This document shows, piece after piece, positions 1 to 11,503 of a DNA stretch of 37,638 nt. Each line of letters opens with the position of its first letter. The stretch's first letter is position 1. Source of the DNA: Vitrella brassicaformis CCMP3155 (Eukaryota > Protista > Chromerida); the NCBI GenBank assembly GCA_001179505.1, contig CDMY01000640.1:1-37638 (forward strand), written 5' to 3'. The notes under the pieces were generated by a model. It saw nothing but the letters and a program-made list of their open reading frames with translations, had not been told where the DNA came from and made no database searches. The translations under genes were made by a program, and so were the position numbers.

Positions 1-322
1 TCCGTCTCATTTTTTGAATTTCGCGGGATTCTCGACGCTTCTCCCCAACACACGATCTGGAATGCATCAGCGGCGATGAGAGGTTGAACGCATCGCATTT
101 GGCGTTATGCCTCGGGAGTTGATAGTGGTGCAGGTGGGTCAGTGCGGCAACCAGATCGGCAGCATCTTCTGGAGCGAAGCCCTCAACGAACATGCCTCAT
201 ACAACAAGAAGGGACACTTCGACGCCGGCACCTCAGTTCTCTTCAGAAACGTCGACACACGGTGGGCAGATCAGATAAGGAAATGTCCACTGCAAGATCT
301 GCCTGTCCGATTCATCCCTTGA

Positions 323-360
<38 letters not shown>

Positions 361-636
361 TGTGCAGGTTTTCAGATCCGAAGGAGATCCCGGTTGGCGA
401 TGGCACTGCCCCCGTCAAGACGCTGCGGGCACGGGTGAGTGAGGACACATCCATCCACCCATGGTGACCTATGGTGGTTGGCATGATGTGGTGTGTGTAA
501 GGCGGTGTTGGTGGACATGGAGGAGGGTGTGGTCAACGAGCTGATGAGGGGGCCGCTGAGGGACCTCTTCGACTCACGACAGCTCATCACAGACGTATCC
601 GGCTCGGGAAACAACTGGTGACGGCCGCCTGGGGAA
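1..636 (+). repeat. Left arm of an exact inverted duplication (partner 32798-33433)
   Basis: Position x pairs with 33434-x; the ORF track shows identical proteins at 107..322(+) and 33112..33327(-). The (TC)n(TG)n microsatellite has the same length in both copies. The match ends at 636/32798, beside the N gap. Confidence 0.95.
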
Positions 637-2889
637 GAACCCACGCGCAGCATTGTGGTTGCGGTGTGTGTGTGTGTGTTTGTGTGTGTGTGTTGGATTG
701 GCCCCCTCAGGGCGCAGGGTTACAATGACTATGGCGTGCGGTATCGCGACCAGCTGCTCGAAAAGGTCAGGCAGTCAACGCAATCACATCGATGGCCTTC
801 CTATTCCCTCTCTCTGCGTGTGTCAGGTCCGTCGTCCGGTGGAGCATTGCGATTCGCTTCAGTCGTTTTTCTTTCTCCACTCACTCGGCGGCGGCACGGG
901 GTCGGGCACCGGATGCTATGTGCTGCAGCGTACGGTCAAAGGGATGGATGGACACATAGCAGCGACCCCATTTTGTGTGGGTGTGGTGTGTGTGCAGTGT
1001 TGGAGGATGCTTATCCCGATGTGTATCGCTTCGTGACGGCCGTGTTTCCCTCAGAGGATGACGACGTCATCACATCTCCCTACAACAGGCACACTTCTCA
1101 CACTCACACGGATCAGCAAGTATTCCATTCCTGGTGTGTGTTTCTGTCATGTCAGTGCGTTGGCGTTGCGTGTGTTGAAGGAGCATGCCTCGTGTGTGCT
1201 GCCCATAGCCAACGACGCCCTCATCAAAATGACCAACGCAATGACAGCAAAGGTCGCCCCTCCGCCACTCCCCCACCACACACACACACACATGCTTCCT
1301 GTCTGCCTGCTTGCAGGCGGAGGTTTCTCAGCAGCTGGGTCGGGTGCTGCCGCCTCAGTCGGTGTCGCCATGGGAGAGTGTCAGCGTCAGGGCGCCGGGC
1401 AGGCCGGGGCACGGCCGGGGGCGCAAGACACACCAGCACCCCTTCAGCAAAATGAATGGCATCGTTGCCAACCTGCTGCTCGACCTCACCAGGTCAGCAA
1501 CATGCATGACCCAATGCGCTTCCATCAATGGGGTGTGTGTGAGTGTGCAGTTCTATGCGCTTTGAGGGCACGCTCAACATCGACCTCAACGAAATCACTA
1601 CCAACCTGGTACACACACCATCTGGCCACGCACACAGAATGCAGCTCGTGTCAATGTGCCGGGCTGTCCATCAGTGCATCCATGCCTCAGGTGCCGTATC
1701 CCGGTTTGCATTTCCTGTTGTCGTCGATGAGTCCGATCAACAGCCACTCGGCCCCCACACGAGGAGACCCCAAGAAGGTCGACCACAAAGCCATGCTGCC
1801 AAGGGGGTCAGTCAGCCGGGGGAAGGAAGCCATGGAGTCGGCTGACATCCACGTGGGCAAAGACACCTTATGGATGTTGTGTTGGTGTCAGGTTCGATCA
1901 GCTGTTCAGCGACGTGCTGTCCCCGGCCCACCAGCTCATCAACATACACCCGAAGGCCTCCACGTGAGCCATCAAAGCATCCATCCCGTCCGTGACATTG
2001 GCTGATTGTGTGTTCCCTCTCTCGGCTGTGTCAGCTGCATGGCCACCGCGTTCATCGTCCGCGGCGATGCGGCCATCGCCGACGTCACACGGAACGTAGC
2101 TCGGTGGGCGCCAGGCAGCCGGCAGCCATTGAGGGGCATGGTGGATTTCGTGTGTGGGTCGTCGTGAATGCCTGCAGGGTCAAGAGCCACCTCAAGATGC
2201 TCAGATGGAACGAGGTACCACGCAGCTGAGAGAGAGGAGGACGGAGGCGAGAGCTCTCGCTTTGCCGGTGTGTGTGTGTAGGACGCGTTCAAGGTCGGCA
2301 TCTGCGACACGCCCCCCGCCGGCCACAAGTACAGCCTGCTGTCGCTGTCCAACTCGTGTGGCGTCCGCGACCTGCTGCACCAAATACAGACCAGATTCCA
2401 CAAACTGTACGACAGAAAGGTATGTACTTTACGCCACACAGCACAGCCACTCAGATGCACATCACACACCCGATGGAGACACGTCAGTCATCTGATCTGA
2501 TCTGCCTCTCACCTGCCCACCTGCAGGCCCACCTGCATCACTACACGCGGTATATGCCAGCCGGGGAGATCCACGCCGCCGACGAGGCCCTCACCTCACT
2601 CATCGCCGAGTACACCTGCATCGAGGAGCACCAGGTGCCGCCGCCACCCAAACACACCATCAACAGCACCAGCTGCTGCCCACCAGCGGCCCCACCTGCT
2701 AGCGAGATACTGCGGCTGGGCGCTGGGAGGATCGCCCACTTCTACGACCATCATGGCCGCTGGATGGGCAGTGTTGGTGGTCGTGGGAATGTGTATTGGG
2801 ATTGGCTGTCATCGGTGGACAGGTCGTCGCTGCTGTGTGAGGACAGACTGCATGAGCTCTTCAGGGCCAGACCCAGGCCGCTCATCTGA
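107..2889 (+). CDS. TUBE1: Epsilon-tubulin, about 15 exons
   Basis: Hand-spliced exons: 107-261, 368-434, 502-617, 711-765, 827-929, 998-1088, 1156-1252, 1317-1492, 1551-1608, 1691-1806, 1892-1963, 2035-2103, 2178-2214, 2282-2419, 2527-(2889). The product reads [94 protein letters not shown]. These are epsilon-class motifs ([22 protein letters not shown]). The extreme 3' end is uncertain because an intron may follow position 2635. Confidence 0.93.
323..364. repeat. Compound (TC)n(TG)n microsatellite at the 3' end of tubulin intron 1
   Basis: Read directly. The same compound architecture occurs at about 9367-9438 and 27289-27340, and in the inverted copy at about 33070-33111. Confidence 0.9.
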
Positions 2890-3242
2890 CCTCAGCGGAT
2901 GGGATCGGATGGGTTTGCTTGTGTGTCTTGGCGTGTGTACATATACAGATGGATACGGTGTTGTGAATACTCATTGTACAGTCATTGAAATGAATGATTG
3001 CATTCAAGGGAGGTTTTTGTTGCGTGCTTCCATCTCTCAGTAAGTCCTGACAAACAAGGCCACATAGGATCCACAATCGGCTCTCACTCGATAGATACAT
3101 CCACACCACACGAGGAAGGAAAAATGACAGTGAGTTCTTGAGTGAGTGAAAGCTCTTAAGAAGAGAGACATAGCAGATCACTGCCATCCCTGTAGCAGAA
3201 GCACTGTTGTTGCTCTCACCACACACAAGGAGGTAGGGTAGT

Positions 3243-3960
3243 CTGACGCAGAGAGCGGCCACACACGCATTGCTCCTGTGGCCGACCCTCATGGTCGGTC
3301 AATCATGTCTGTTACACCCGGCAAGGCAGCAAATACGAAGACATGACAGACAGACAGACAGGCAGACAGAGAGAGGGCCCGGGACGAGTAGACAGACGTA
3401 CGCGTACGATCGATTACCACACACACAAATATATATATATATATATATTTGTACGTACAGAACAGTACAGACTTACGTACATATGATGATCGCATATATA
3501 TGTGAGCCACAAACGGACATACATATTCATGGCCAATGTGTTTGTCAGTCGGTCGGTCGGTCGGGCAGATGGCCGGACGAGCAGAGATCGATGGACGGGA
3601 CACACCGCACCACACCACTGATCTCACCTCATGTGTTGTCACTTTCATCCCTCCCTCCCCCGCCCCGCCTCGTGTGTGTGTGTGTATCCACTGTGTGTGT
3701 ATGGATGTGTATCAGCACTGCGGGACGCACACACACACAGAGACACTCAGACAGTCAGACAGAGGGAAGCCACGACACCAAGGCACACACAGAATCCCAA
3801 TCCGCTGGCCGACCCAAAAACTCGCGCCCCCCATCATGATGTACATATCGCCAGCATCACAGCTCATAGCCACTCAGTCGGTCAGTCAAACAGTCGCTCA
3901 CCGCCGATTGCTTGACAGCTGGCTCCCTTCCTCCCAGCCCCCCCTCCCTGCCTGTGTGTG
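3243..3960 (+). repeat. Diverged ~700-bp non-coding repeat, copy 1 (inverted partner 31520-32194)
   Basis: Long shared blocks with scattered substitutions and indels, e.g. ccgaccctcatggtcggtcaatcatgtctg, cgtacgcgtacgatcgattaccacacaca, ggccggacgagcagagatcgatggacgggacacaccgcaccacaccactga and ccgccgattgcttgac. One segment (about 3791-3832) is replaced in the other copy. Confidence 0.9.
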
Positions 3961-4489
3961 TGTGTGTGTGTGTAGGTATTGCTGGATGGATGGATGTCAT
4001 CACTGCGGTACGCACACATACCTCCACACATGCCATGAGACGACACACCACACACACTACAAAACGTATCAGTGAGTGCACACGACCGACCAGAGAAATG
4101 AAATGAGGGCCGCACCAACTCCATGAAGCCAAGCAGACAGACAGACAGACAGCCAAACGGACAGCCAAACACAGGATAGGCAGGCAAGCAGGTGTGCGCA
4201 CATCCATCCATCGAATTGGCAAACGACGGCCGGCACCTGAGAACGCCCACCTGACGGGCCTGTCTCACTCCGCCAGCACTGCACAGCCCACTGGGACAAA
4301 AGCCGGCTGGGCGGATGGGGTGAGTCAGACGCGCACACACCAGGCATGCGATGGATACAGATCGAAGGAAAAAAGACGTCACAGCAAATCCTCCCTCCCT
4401 CCGTAGCTCGTGTGTATGCTCAGCAATGCAGCACGGGGGACACTACGCACGGCATCACATCACGATCGATACCAATCCACTGGCCCCCG

Positions 4490-4789
4490 NNNNNNNNNNN
4501 NNNNNNNNNNNNNNNNNNNNNNNNNNNNNNNNNNNNNNNNNNNNNNNNNNNNNNNNNNNNNNNNNNNNNNNNNNNNNNNNNNNNNNNNNNNNNNNNNNNN
4601 NNNNNNNNNNNNNNNNNNNNNNNNNNNNNNNNNNNNNNNNNNNNNNNNNNNNNNNNNNNNNNNNNNNNNNNNNNNNNNNNNNNNNNNNNNNNNNNNNNNN
4701 NNNNNNNNNNNNNNNNNNNNNNNNNNNNNNNNNNNNNNNNNNNNNNNNNNNNNNNNNNNNNNNNNNNNNNNNNNNNNNNNNNNNNNNNN
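4490..4789. other. Assembly gap, 300 N
   Basis: Run of exactly 300 N, the same size as the second gap, so probably a placeholder. Confidence 0.99.
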
Positions 4790-4910
4790 CCCCCCAAAAC
4801 ACACACACAAACATCGTGCCGCTATCAACCCACCAGCCGACCGCACACGGGCATACACACGACCCCCCCGGCCGAATGCAGAGTGAGTGGGCAGCAAAAG
4901 GCCTCGACGG

Positions 4911-7036
4911 CTACTTGGTGGCCTTCCGTCGCACTCTGCGGCCCTCTGGCGCCTCTGAGGGCCGCTTGCGTGACGGCACCTGCCTGTCTGCTCCATCAAC
5001 CAGCCTGTCCCGCTTCTCTCTCTTGGTTTGCTCGACCATCGTCTTCCGCCAGCGAATCGCATCTGCCTTGGCCTCTTCGCTGTTACCCTCATACGCAAAC
5101 AGAGAGAAGTAGCGCTGCTGTTGCTCGCCAGAGGCGCCAGACCACTGGGCCACCCATGCCTTGCCCGCCTTGTGCCAGCTCACACCCTTGTGGCCGCTCT
5201 GGATCTCAGCTGGCTGCTTGAGGCCCGCCGCACCGCTCGCCTCCTTCTCCCTGCGGCACGCGACGGCCTTGTCGTAGGCCTCCTCGATGCCGCCGTGCTT
5301 GTTGATGGCGAAGGTCTTGGAGTGCAGCTTCCCGCCCTCGCGCCATGACGCCACCCACCTGTTCTGGCGCTCGTCGAAGTGGACGCCCTTGACATTCTTG
5401 GCGGCCAGCTGGTCGACGAGCTCCTGGTCCTTGCGGTCGAGGCCGGTGGCGGTCTGAACAGGCAGAGAAGGGACACACAAAAGCCATACATGAGCAAAAC
5501 GAGCCACACCCATTGCATTCGTGCACTCGCGTAGCTTGCACTGATTCGGCAGACCGTCTCCATCAACTGCCGCCGCTTGATGGCCTCCTGTTTGGCGCCC
5601 TCCTCGCCCACCCCGGCCACCGAGAAGCACTCTTTCTTCTGCTTGCCGTTCTCGTACCAGGACGAGCCCCAACGGGCTGTCGTGTTGTCGCGACCCACGC
5701 CGGTGATCTCGCTCTTGCTGCGGCTCTTGATGTGGCGGCCGGCCTTCTCGTTGTCCTTGTCGTTCTGCAGCCGACACTCCTCTGCCGCCCTCCTGGCCTC
5801 GTCGCGGCCCCCATACTTGCTCACGCCGAATTTCTTCTTTTTCCGTTCGCCGCCCACCCTGACGTGGGCGATCCACACATGGCGGGGCTCGTCGAACCAC
5901 ACGCCCTGGACGGCCGACTGATGTACGGGGGTTGCCGACTGTGCCGCCTTGCTGGCTGTCTTGGGTGGCTTGAAGGTCGAGTCGCTGAGGCGGTCGCCGC
6001 CACTCCCTGACACAAACATCAGACACAGCAGCGTCATGTGGGTCGTGCCGTAGGCGTGTGTGTGTGTGTGTGTGGTGCGCGCACCCAAGCTCTCATACTC
6101 ATCGTCATCGTCACTATCACTGTCTGCAGCAGGGACGGGATCGCACCAGAGATGTGATCGACGCTCTCTCATTCTGTGTGTGTGGGGCTGACCGTCGGGT
6201 GCCTGGTAGTCCTCGTCGCCCTCATCGCCCTGGCCACTGCTGCTCTCGTCGCCCGAGTCGCCCCCATCGTCCGACGGGTCGCCGCCCGCCCGGCCAGCAG
6301 CCTTCTTACGGCCCTGGTTGCGCTGACGAGCTGCAGGGGCAAACACACTACCAGTGGTTGTTTGGCTGCGTGTGTGTGTGTGTATGGGTGTGTAGAGTGT
6401 CGACATCCTTACCGTCGAGTCCCATTCTGTCGCTGCGCACGTCGGCGTAACGATCTGCAGCGGCAAACCAAAACACCACACCAGCAGAGCAGTGGTCCGT
6501 TTGGCGGCACGCGTGACTGTGAGTGCAGACAGACATCCTTACCGTTGAGGGCCATCCTGTCGTCCGTCGACCCCGACACATGCGTCGCGCCACCCTGACA
6601 CACACAGCACAGCAGCACAGCAGGGGAATGGCCATCCATCCATTGGCGGCCGTGTGTGCGTCTGTGTGGCGGTCTCCCCACCACATGGGTCAGGCTGTCA
6701 TGGTCGTCGCCACCATAGCTGCTGGTCGGCGCCCGGGTCGATAGAGCGCCAGCAGTGGAGGTGGTCTGAGGCACACACACAACACAGAGAGGCAGGCAAT
6801 GTGACGACACGCGAGAGCCTGCTCGTGGCCCCCCCACGCACACACATCACTGCAGCCACGGGGCGCGCAGTGGTGTGTCCTCACTCACTGGGCCGTCACT
6901 GCTGGCTGCATCTTAATCCTGTCCATCTCGCTATTCGTCTCACCTCGTAGTCAGCCGCAGAGACCGATGACGTCGCGCCCTTCTCGCCCTTGCCCTTGCG
7001 GCCCGACACACTGCCGCTTACGGGCTTCCTGTCCAT
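4911..7036 (-). CDS. ApiAP2-type transcription factor with four AP2 domains
   Basis: Probable start ATG at 7036 (MDRKPVSG..). Small acidic N-terminal exons join in frame by GT-AG. Four AP2-like repeats follow: VQGVWFDEPRHVWIAH..FGVSKYGGRDEARRAAEECR; ITGVGRDNTTARWGSSWYENGKQKKECFSV; VKGVHFDERQNRWVASWREGGKLHSKTFAINKHGGIEEAYDKAVACRR; HKGVSWHKAGKAWVAQW..YFSLFAYEG..EAKADAIRWR. The C-terminus is basic and NLS-like (RRVRRKATK), with TAG at 4911-4913. Confidence 0.88.
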
Positions 7037-7392
7037 CCTGACACACACAGCACACAGCAGACGACACGCAGAAGAAGACAGAACTGCATCGCCACTTTCT
7101 GCCTGCCCGCATCGCTGTCTGTGCTGTCTGCCCAGCCCTCGCCCCTGCCCTCACCTGACGGTCTGCAGATCGGTCTTGACGCGCCGCAGCCACTCCCTCA
7201 GCCCGGCACACCTGTCAGCAACTCGGCCCGCCGCACAGATCTGTCACCTTCCGGCACTCCTCGGAGGACAATAGGCAGGCCGCCACTTAAAGCAAGGCGC
7301 CGAAAGCCAAAAACGCGATGCGTCGCTTTTTGTGAGCTCGCCCTGCGAGCTGAGTGATAGCGAGAGAGAAGGACGGCGCTTTGCTTGAAGGA
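7037..7392. promoter_or_regulatory. Short head-to-head intergenic region (AP2 / carrier), putative bidirectional promoter
   Basis: Divergent ATGs at 7036(-) and 7393(+), about 356 bp apart. It also contains a probable 5'-UTR intron of the AP2 gene (acceptor just before the ATG). Confidence 0.45.
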
Positions 7393-8831
7393 ATGCTTGA
7401 GAATGCCTTCCCATCGACGCCTTCTATGCTCCTCTACGATGGAAGCTCCTTCCGCAGCGCCCCTTGCCCCTTCTCGTCCCTCCTGTCTTCAGTCCTCACG
7501 GCCGTACTCCTCCAGAACCCCCTCATCGACCTCGTCATCAGCTCATCAGCCAACACACGACACAAGAGGGAGCGGCCATCCTATCATCTCTTCACACAAC
7601 ACAAGGTGGACTGGCTGCACCACGTGGCCGGTGTGTGTGGCGGCCTGGCGGCATGTGTGTGTGGCCATCCCCTGGACACGATGAAGGCGCGCATCGCCCT
7701 CAGCCACTCGGCCACGGGCTCCACTCGCCTCTACTCAGGGCTTGCTGACTGCATCCGTCAGACTTGGCTGAAGGAGGGCTTGAGGGGGTTCTACCGAGGC
7801 CTCCCCTTCCCCCTGGTGGGTGACTGCCTCGTGGCGTCCGCCAGCTACGGCGTGTACGGCAACACACTCGCATTCCTGGAGCGGGCCAACGCCAATGGCG
7901 AGCTGCCGGGAGGGGCCTGGTCACGGCCGATGCTCACAGGGGCGGCCGGCGCGGCGGGGGGGGCCATCGCATCGGTGGTCGAGTGCCCTTTTGACATGCT
8001 CAAGACGCAGATGCAGGTAGAGGCGTGTCGAAAGGCGGCCAACGAGCAGGCCAGGCGGGTAGCTGCCCCGCGGGATGCCGTAGCATCGGCAGTGGTGAGT
8101 CGGCGGGCAGCCTATGAGTTGGAGGCGCTGAGCTACCGGGGGCTCGGCGACTGCCTCACAGAGGTCGTCAGGGCGCAGAAGGTCTATGCAGGTACGGACG
8201 TCACCGCACAAAGGAACCATCCAGCAATTTGTGTGTGTTGCTGGTTCAGGCCTGTCTGCTGTGTTTTTGCGGAACACACCTGGGTTCGCCATCGCCTACT
8301 CAACGTTCGACGCACTCAAGAGGCTCCAAACGCCGCCAGGTATGGTGACCTAACCAGACTAACCAAAGCCATGACCGAACAAATGGATGGATGCTTGTGT
8401 CTGGCTCTCCCTAACAGGCCAGAGCGAGTCTGTCCTTACCGCTCCCCAGCTGATGTTAGCAGGGGGGCTGAGTGGCGTCTTGTTTTGGGCGGCGGCGTAC
8501 CCCTTTGACGTTGTGCGGGCGAACCTCCAGGGCCAGAGCGCCAAGCTGAGCGCCTCGAAGGCCAGATTCAACGGTGTTGTGGATTGTGCCGTCAAGCTCT
8601 ACCTGGAGGGCGGTGTCGTGCGCTTTTACAGGGTGAGTCACTGATGCACTCACTGCACGGATGCACATGGCGGATGGATATGACATGGATCGGATGGTTG
8701 GATTGGTGGCCGATGTGATGTTGGTCTGTCTGTGTCAGGGCTTGTTGCCGGCTGTATCTCGCGCCTTGCCAGCCAATGCGGTGTGCTACTATGTCTACAC
8801 GCTGGTGGTCCAGACCTGGAGCGGGAAGTGA
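7393..8831 (+). CDS. Mitochondrial carrier family (SLC25) protein, carnitine/basic-amino-acid carrier-like
   Basis: Three PX[D/E]XX[K/R] signatures (PLDTMKAR, PFDMLKTQ, PFDVVRAN), plus GLRGFYRGL, GLSAVFLRNTPG and RALPANAVCYYVY. GT-AG introns start at about 8192, 8340 and 8633. TGA at 8829-8831. The substrate class is inferred. Confidence 0.92.
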
Positions 8832-9719
8832 CGGGATGGTGGCCTCTCTGCATGGATGGCATGGGATATATTGTAGCAAAGCTACGAGGGAGGGATGGGC
8901 TGTTGGAGGGAGGGGAGGAGACAGACAATGACGGCGAGTTTTTCCGTGTGGATGGATGGGATGGCTGGGCTGGGTGGCGTGTGTGTGTTCGTGTGTCCCA
9001 CGGGGACTGGCGAGACACGTGGGCGGTGTAACACGTGGCTGACCACAGTTACGGTGTCCGATGGACACGTGAGGGTTTGGTCGGTTCCAGCCGCCTTTGT
9101 TTCCCGCATGACCTTGGTGGTCCCCGCCCAGGTGCGTCAGAAATGTCTGGGAAGGCGCCTACAGCAGGCAGCATGAGGGAGACAGAGGCGCGGGGGAACG
9201 ACCAGCCAATCAACCACGACGGTGTGGCTTGTCTCTGTCCGGGTCTGTGGCTCATGACACGTCTATGTGGGATCTGTTGCGTGAGTGAGCGTTGAGGGAT
9301 GTGGCAACTTTTTGCCCTTTTGAGCTGACTGGCTGTCTTGCTAGCGCTCACGTCGTGCGTGTGTGCCTCTCTCTCTCTGTGTGTGCGTCTCTCTCTCTCT
9401 CTGTGTGTGTGCATGTGTGTGTGTGTGTGTGTGTGTGTGAAGTGCCCCTTCCAGTCGTGAAGGCGGTCGATCGGTGTGCAGGCAGTCATGTACATACACA
9501 GACGGACGGATGTGCAGGAGTACACATCAACGGAGATGTCCATGTATGTGTGGATGCGTGCGTGTGAGGACGGACGCATGGCTTTATCGATCAATCATTG
9601 CGTGTACACATGCATGCATGCACCCAATCCGATGCTCGAAATCAGATAGTTTGCTCACATCCGCACACGCATCGCATGCACGTCGATATCTAAACAGGCC
9701 CGCACTCCCCACTCCTCAC

Positions 9720-11428
9720 TCAGAAGACCATGTCCATCAGCTCTCCGTCTGTCTCTATCTCATCCCCCCCTGACAACTCTCCCTCTCCCTCCCCCTCCCC
9801 CTCCCCCTCCCTCTCAGCAACAGCATCAGGCACCACAAGCTTCGTACCATTCTCGCTCCCAGCATCGTCTCCCTGATTCGCAACACTGTCGATTGGGCAC
9901 CGCACCGTCAGCAGCCCCTCACCCGCCGACCATCCAATACGAGACAGGCACGACTCTACAGGGAAGGGAAAACGGAGGGACAGCAGGGTCGTGTGGTCGG
10001 TCTCGGCGTCTTCTGCTCCCCGCGACTTGACGCCGACGCTCAGCCGCCGGTCGGAGAGGTGGATGTCGAGCTCTTCCCGGAAGTCGATTTGTCTCGGACG
10101 TCTCTTGCTGGCATCTGCCGAGGCCTTGGGGACTTTGTACTTGAGTAGCTTCACATGGAAGGCCACCCAGTAGTGCATGTCTCTCAGCTCGTCGGCGAGA
10201 CGCGTGGCCTCCCGCTCCTCTGCAGACGGGCCGCTGTCTGTGGTGTCGGGTGCGTCGCTCTTTTGCTGCTGCCCGAACATCTTGCCCCAGTTGACAATTG
10301 CAGTGCCCTTCTGGGGCTGTTGTGCTGATGACACTGGAGGGAAGAGGGGGTATCTGAACGCGTCGATGGCCTCGGCAGCTGAGACCGTATCTGTCGCCAA
10401 CTCATCCAGCAGCGCCTTGCATCCTTCAAGCTCCTCCTCCTCCTCCTGCGTGGTGGTCTCGAAAGAGAATGAGGGAATGGGGGGCGACGGCAGCTTCGTT
10501 GCATCGTAGAACGACACCGCATAGTCCGTCTCATAGAGAAACAACTCCACCAGGCCGAGACTCTCGTTATAGGACGAGACAACAACGCCACCAGTGGTGT
10601 CTCTGCTGTCGTCCGAAGGGCTGGTGTGGGGCTTTTCTGTCTCCTTAATGGGTTCCTGTGGCTGCATGGAAGCTTTGACTTGCAGACAGCGGGGCAGTGG
10701 GGCCGCCGATGGCTGGCTGGCGTCCTGAACCAGTGGCCTGCTCGCCGCTTTCTTGCGAATGCGATGCGGCTCCACAGTGCTGCCTGAGGGCCAACACAGA
10801 GAAAAAAATGGTGCATTCGTCCAATCAATCCATTTGCTGTACGTTCTTGTCGCTGACCTTTGTATCTGAGCCTCGGCATCTGCCAGGTGCCGTCGTCCAT
10901 GTCGGGCTGTATCTCATTGTTGGACTTGGCGGCCACCCGCTGCAGCACGTTCTTCATCTTCTCTATCTCAATCGCGCCAAAGCCCTCCTCGCCCCCAAAC
11001 TCCCTGTCGCTGAACACAATGTCCAGCGCCATACACGGCGCCCCCTTCTTGTCAAAGTCCTCTCGCACCGGACCGATGGACGCCGACATGTGCACGCCCG
11101 TCTGTGGCTGGCCTTGCTCGTCGATGAACTCCTGTGTGTGGCTGGGGGGCAGGTGCTCCGACTGGCAGATGTTGATGAACAGCTTCATGCCGCTCTTGAT
11201 GTCCTTGGTCTTGAGCACAAAGAGGGGTTTGGGCGTCACGGTGATGCATCCATCTTCGTCGGTGGCCGCCTGGGACGGTGGAGGCTTCTGGTCATGGCCA
11301 TTTGCGAGTGCGGACATGAGAGCGGTGAGGTGCTCCTGCTGGTCTTGGGGCATGTCGGTGGACGGCAGTAGAAAGGGGCTGCCGCCGTCACCACCCGACA
11401 GGCTTTCGTGCTTTTTGTTTTTCGCCAT
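9720..11428 (-). CDS. PIH1-domain protein (PIH1D/Kintoun-like co-chaperone), 2 exons
   Basis: ATG at 11428. N-terminal PIH1 motif ITVTPKPLFVLKT..KLFINICQSEHLP..MSASIGPVREDFDKKGAPCMALDIVF..WQMPRLRYKG, then one intron (about 10787-10857). The C-terminus has a CS-like segment (LLSLRFPFPVES..WSAGEGLLTVRCPI). TGA at 9720-9722. Confidence 0.85.
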
Positions 11429-11503
11429 TTTGCGGGTGAGACTGAGACGGCGGCCCACGCGATCGAGCTTGAAGATCGATCACGCAAGTCAGAGGACCGC
11501 GCA

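Noticed and set aside
4194-5221. ORFs running through the N gaps (also 32436-33062)
   Set aside because: Artefacts of translating N as X.
6094-6122. DSDSDDDD in the AP2 protein resembles the CK2-phosphorylated DSDD motif bound by PIH1 domains, and a PIH1 gene is nearby
   Set aside because: Such acidic runs are very common, and gene proximity implies nothing about protein binding.
9611-9622. TGCATGCATGCA, containing the known ApiAP2 motif TGCATGCA twice
   Set aside because: It lies between two convergent 3' ends in simple-repeat-rich DNA, not in a promoter position.
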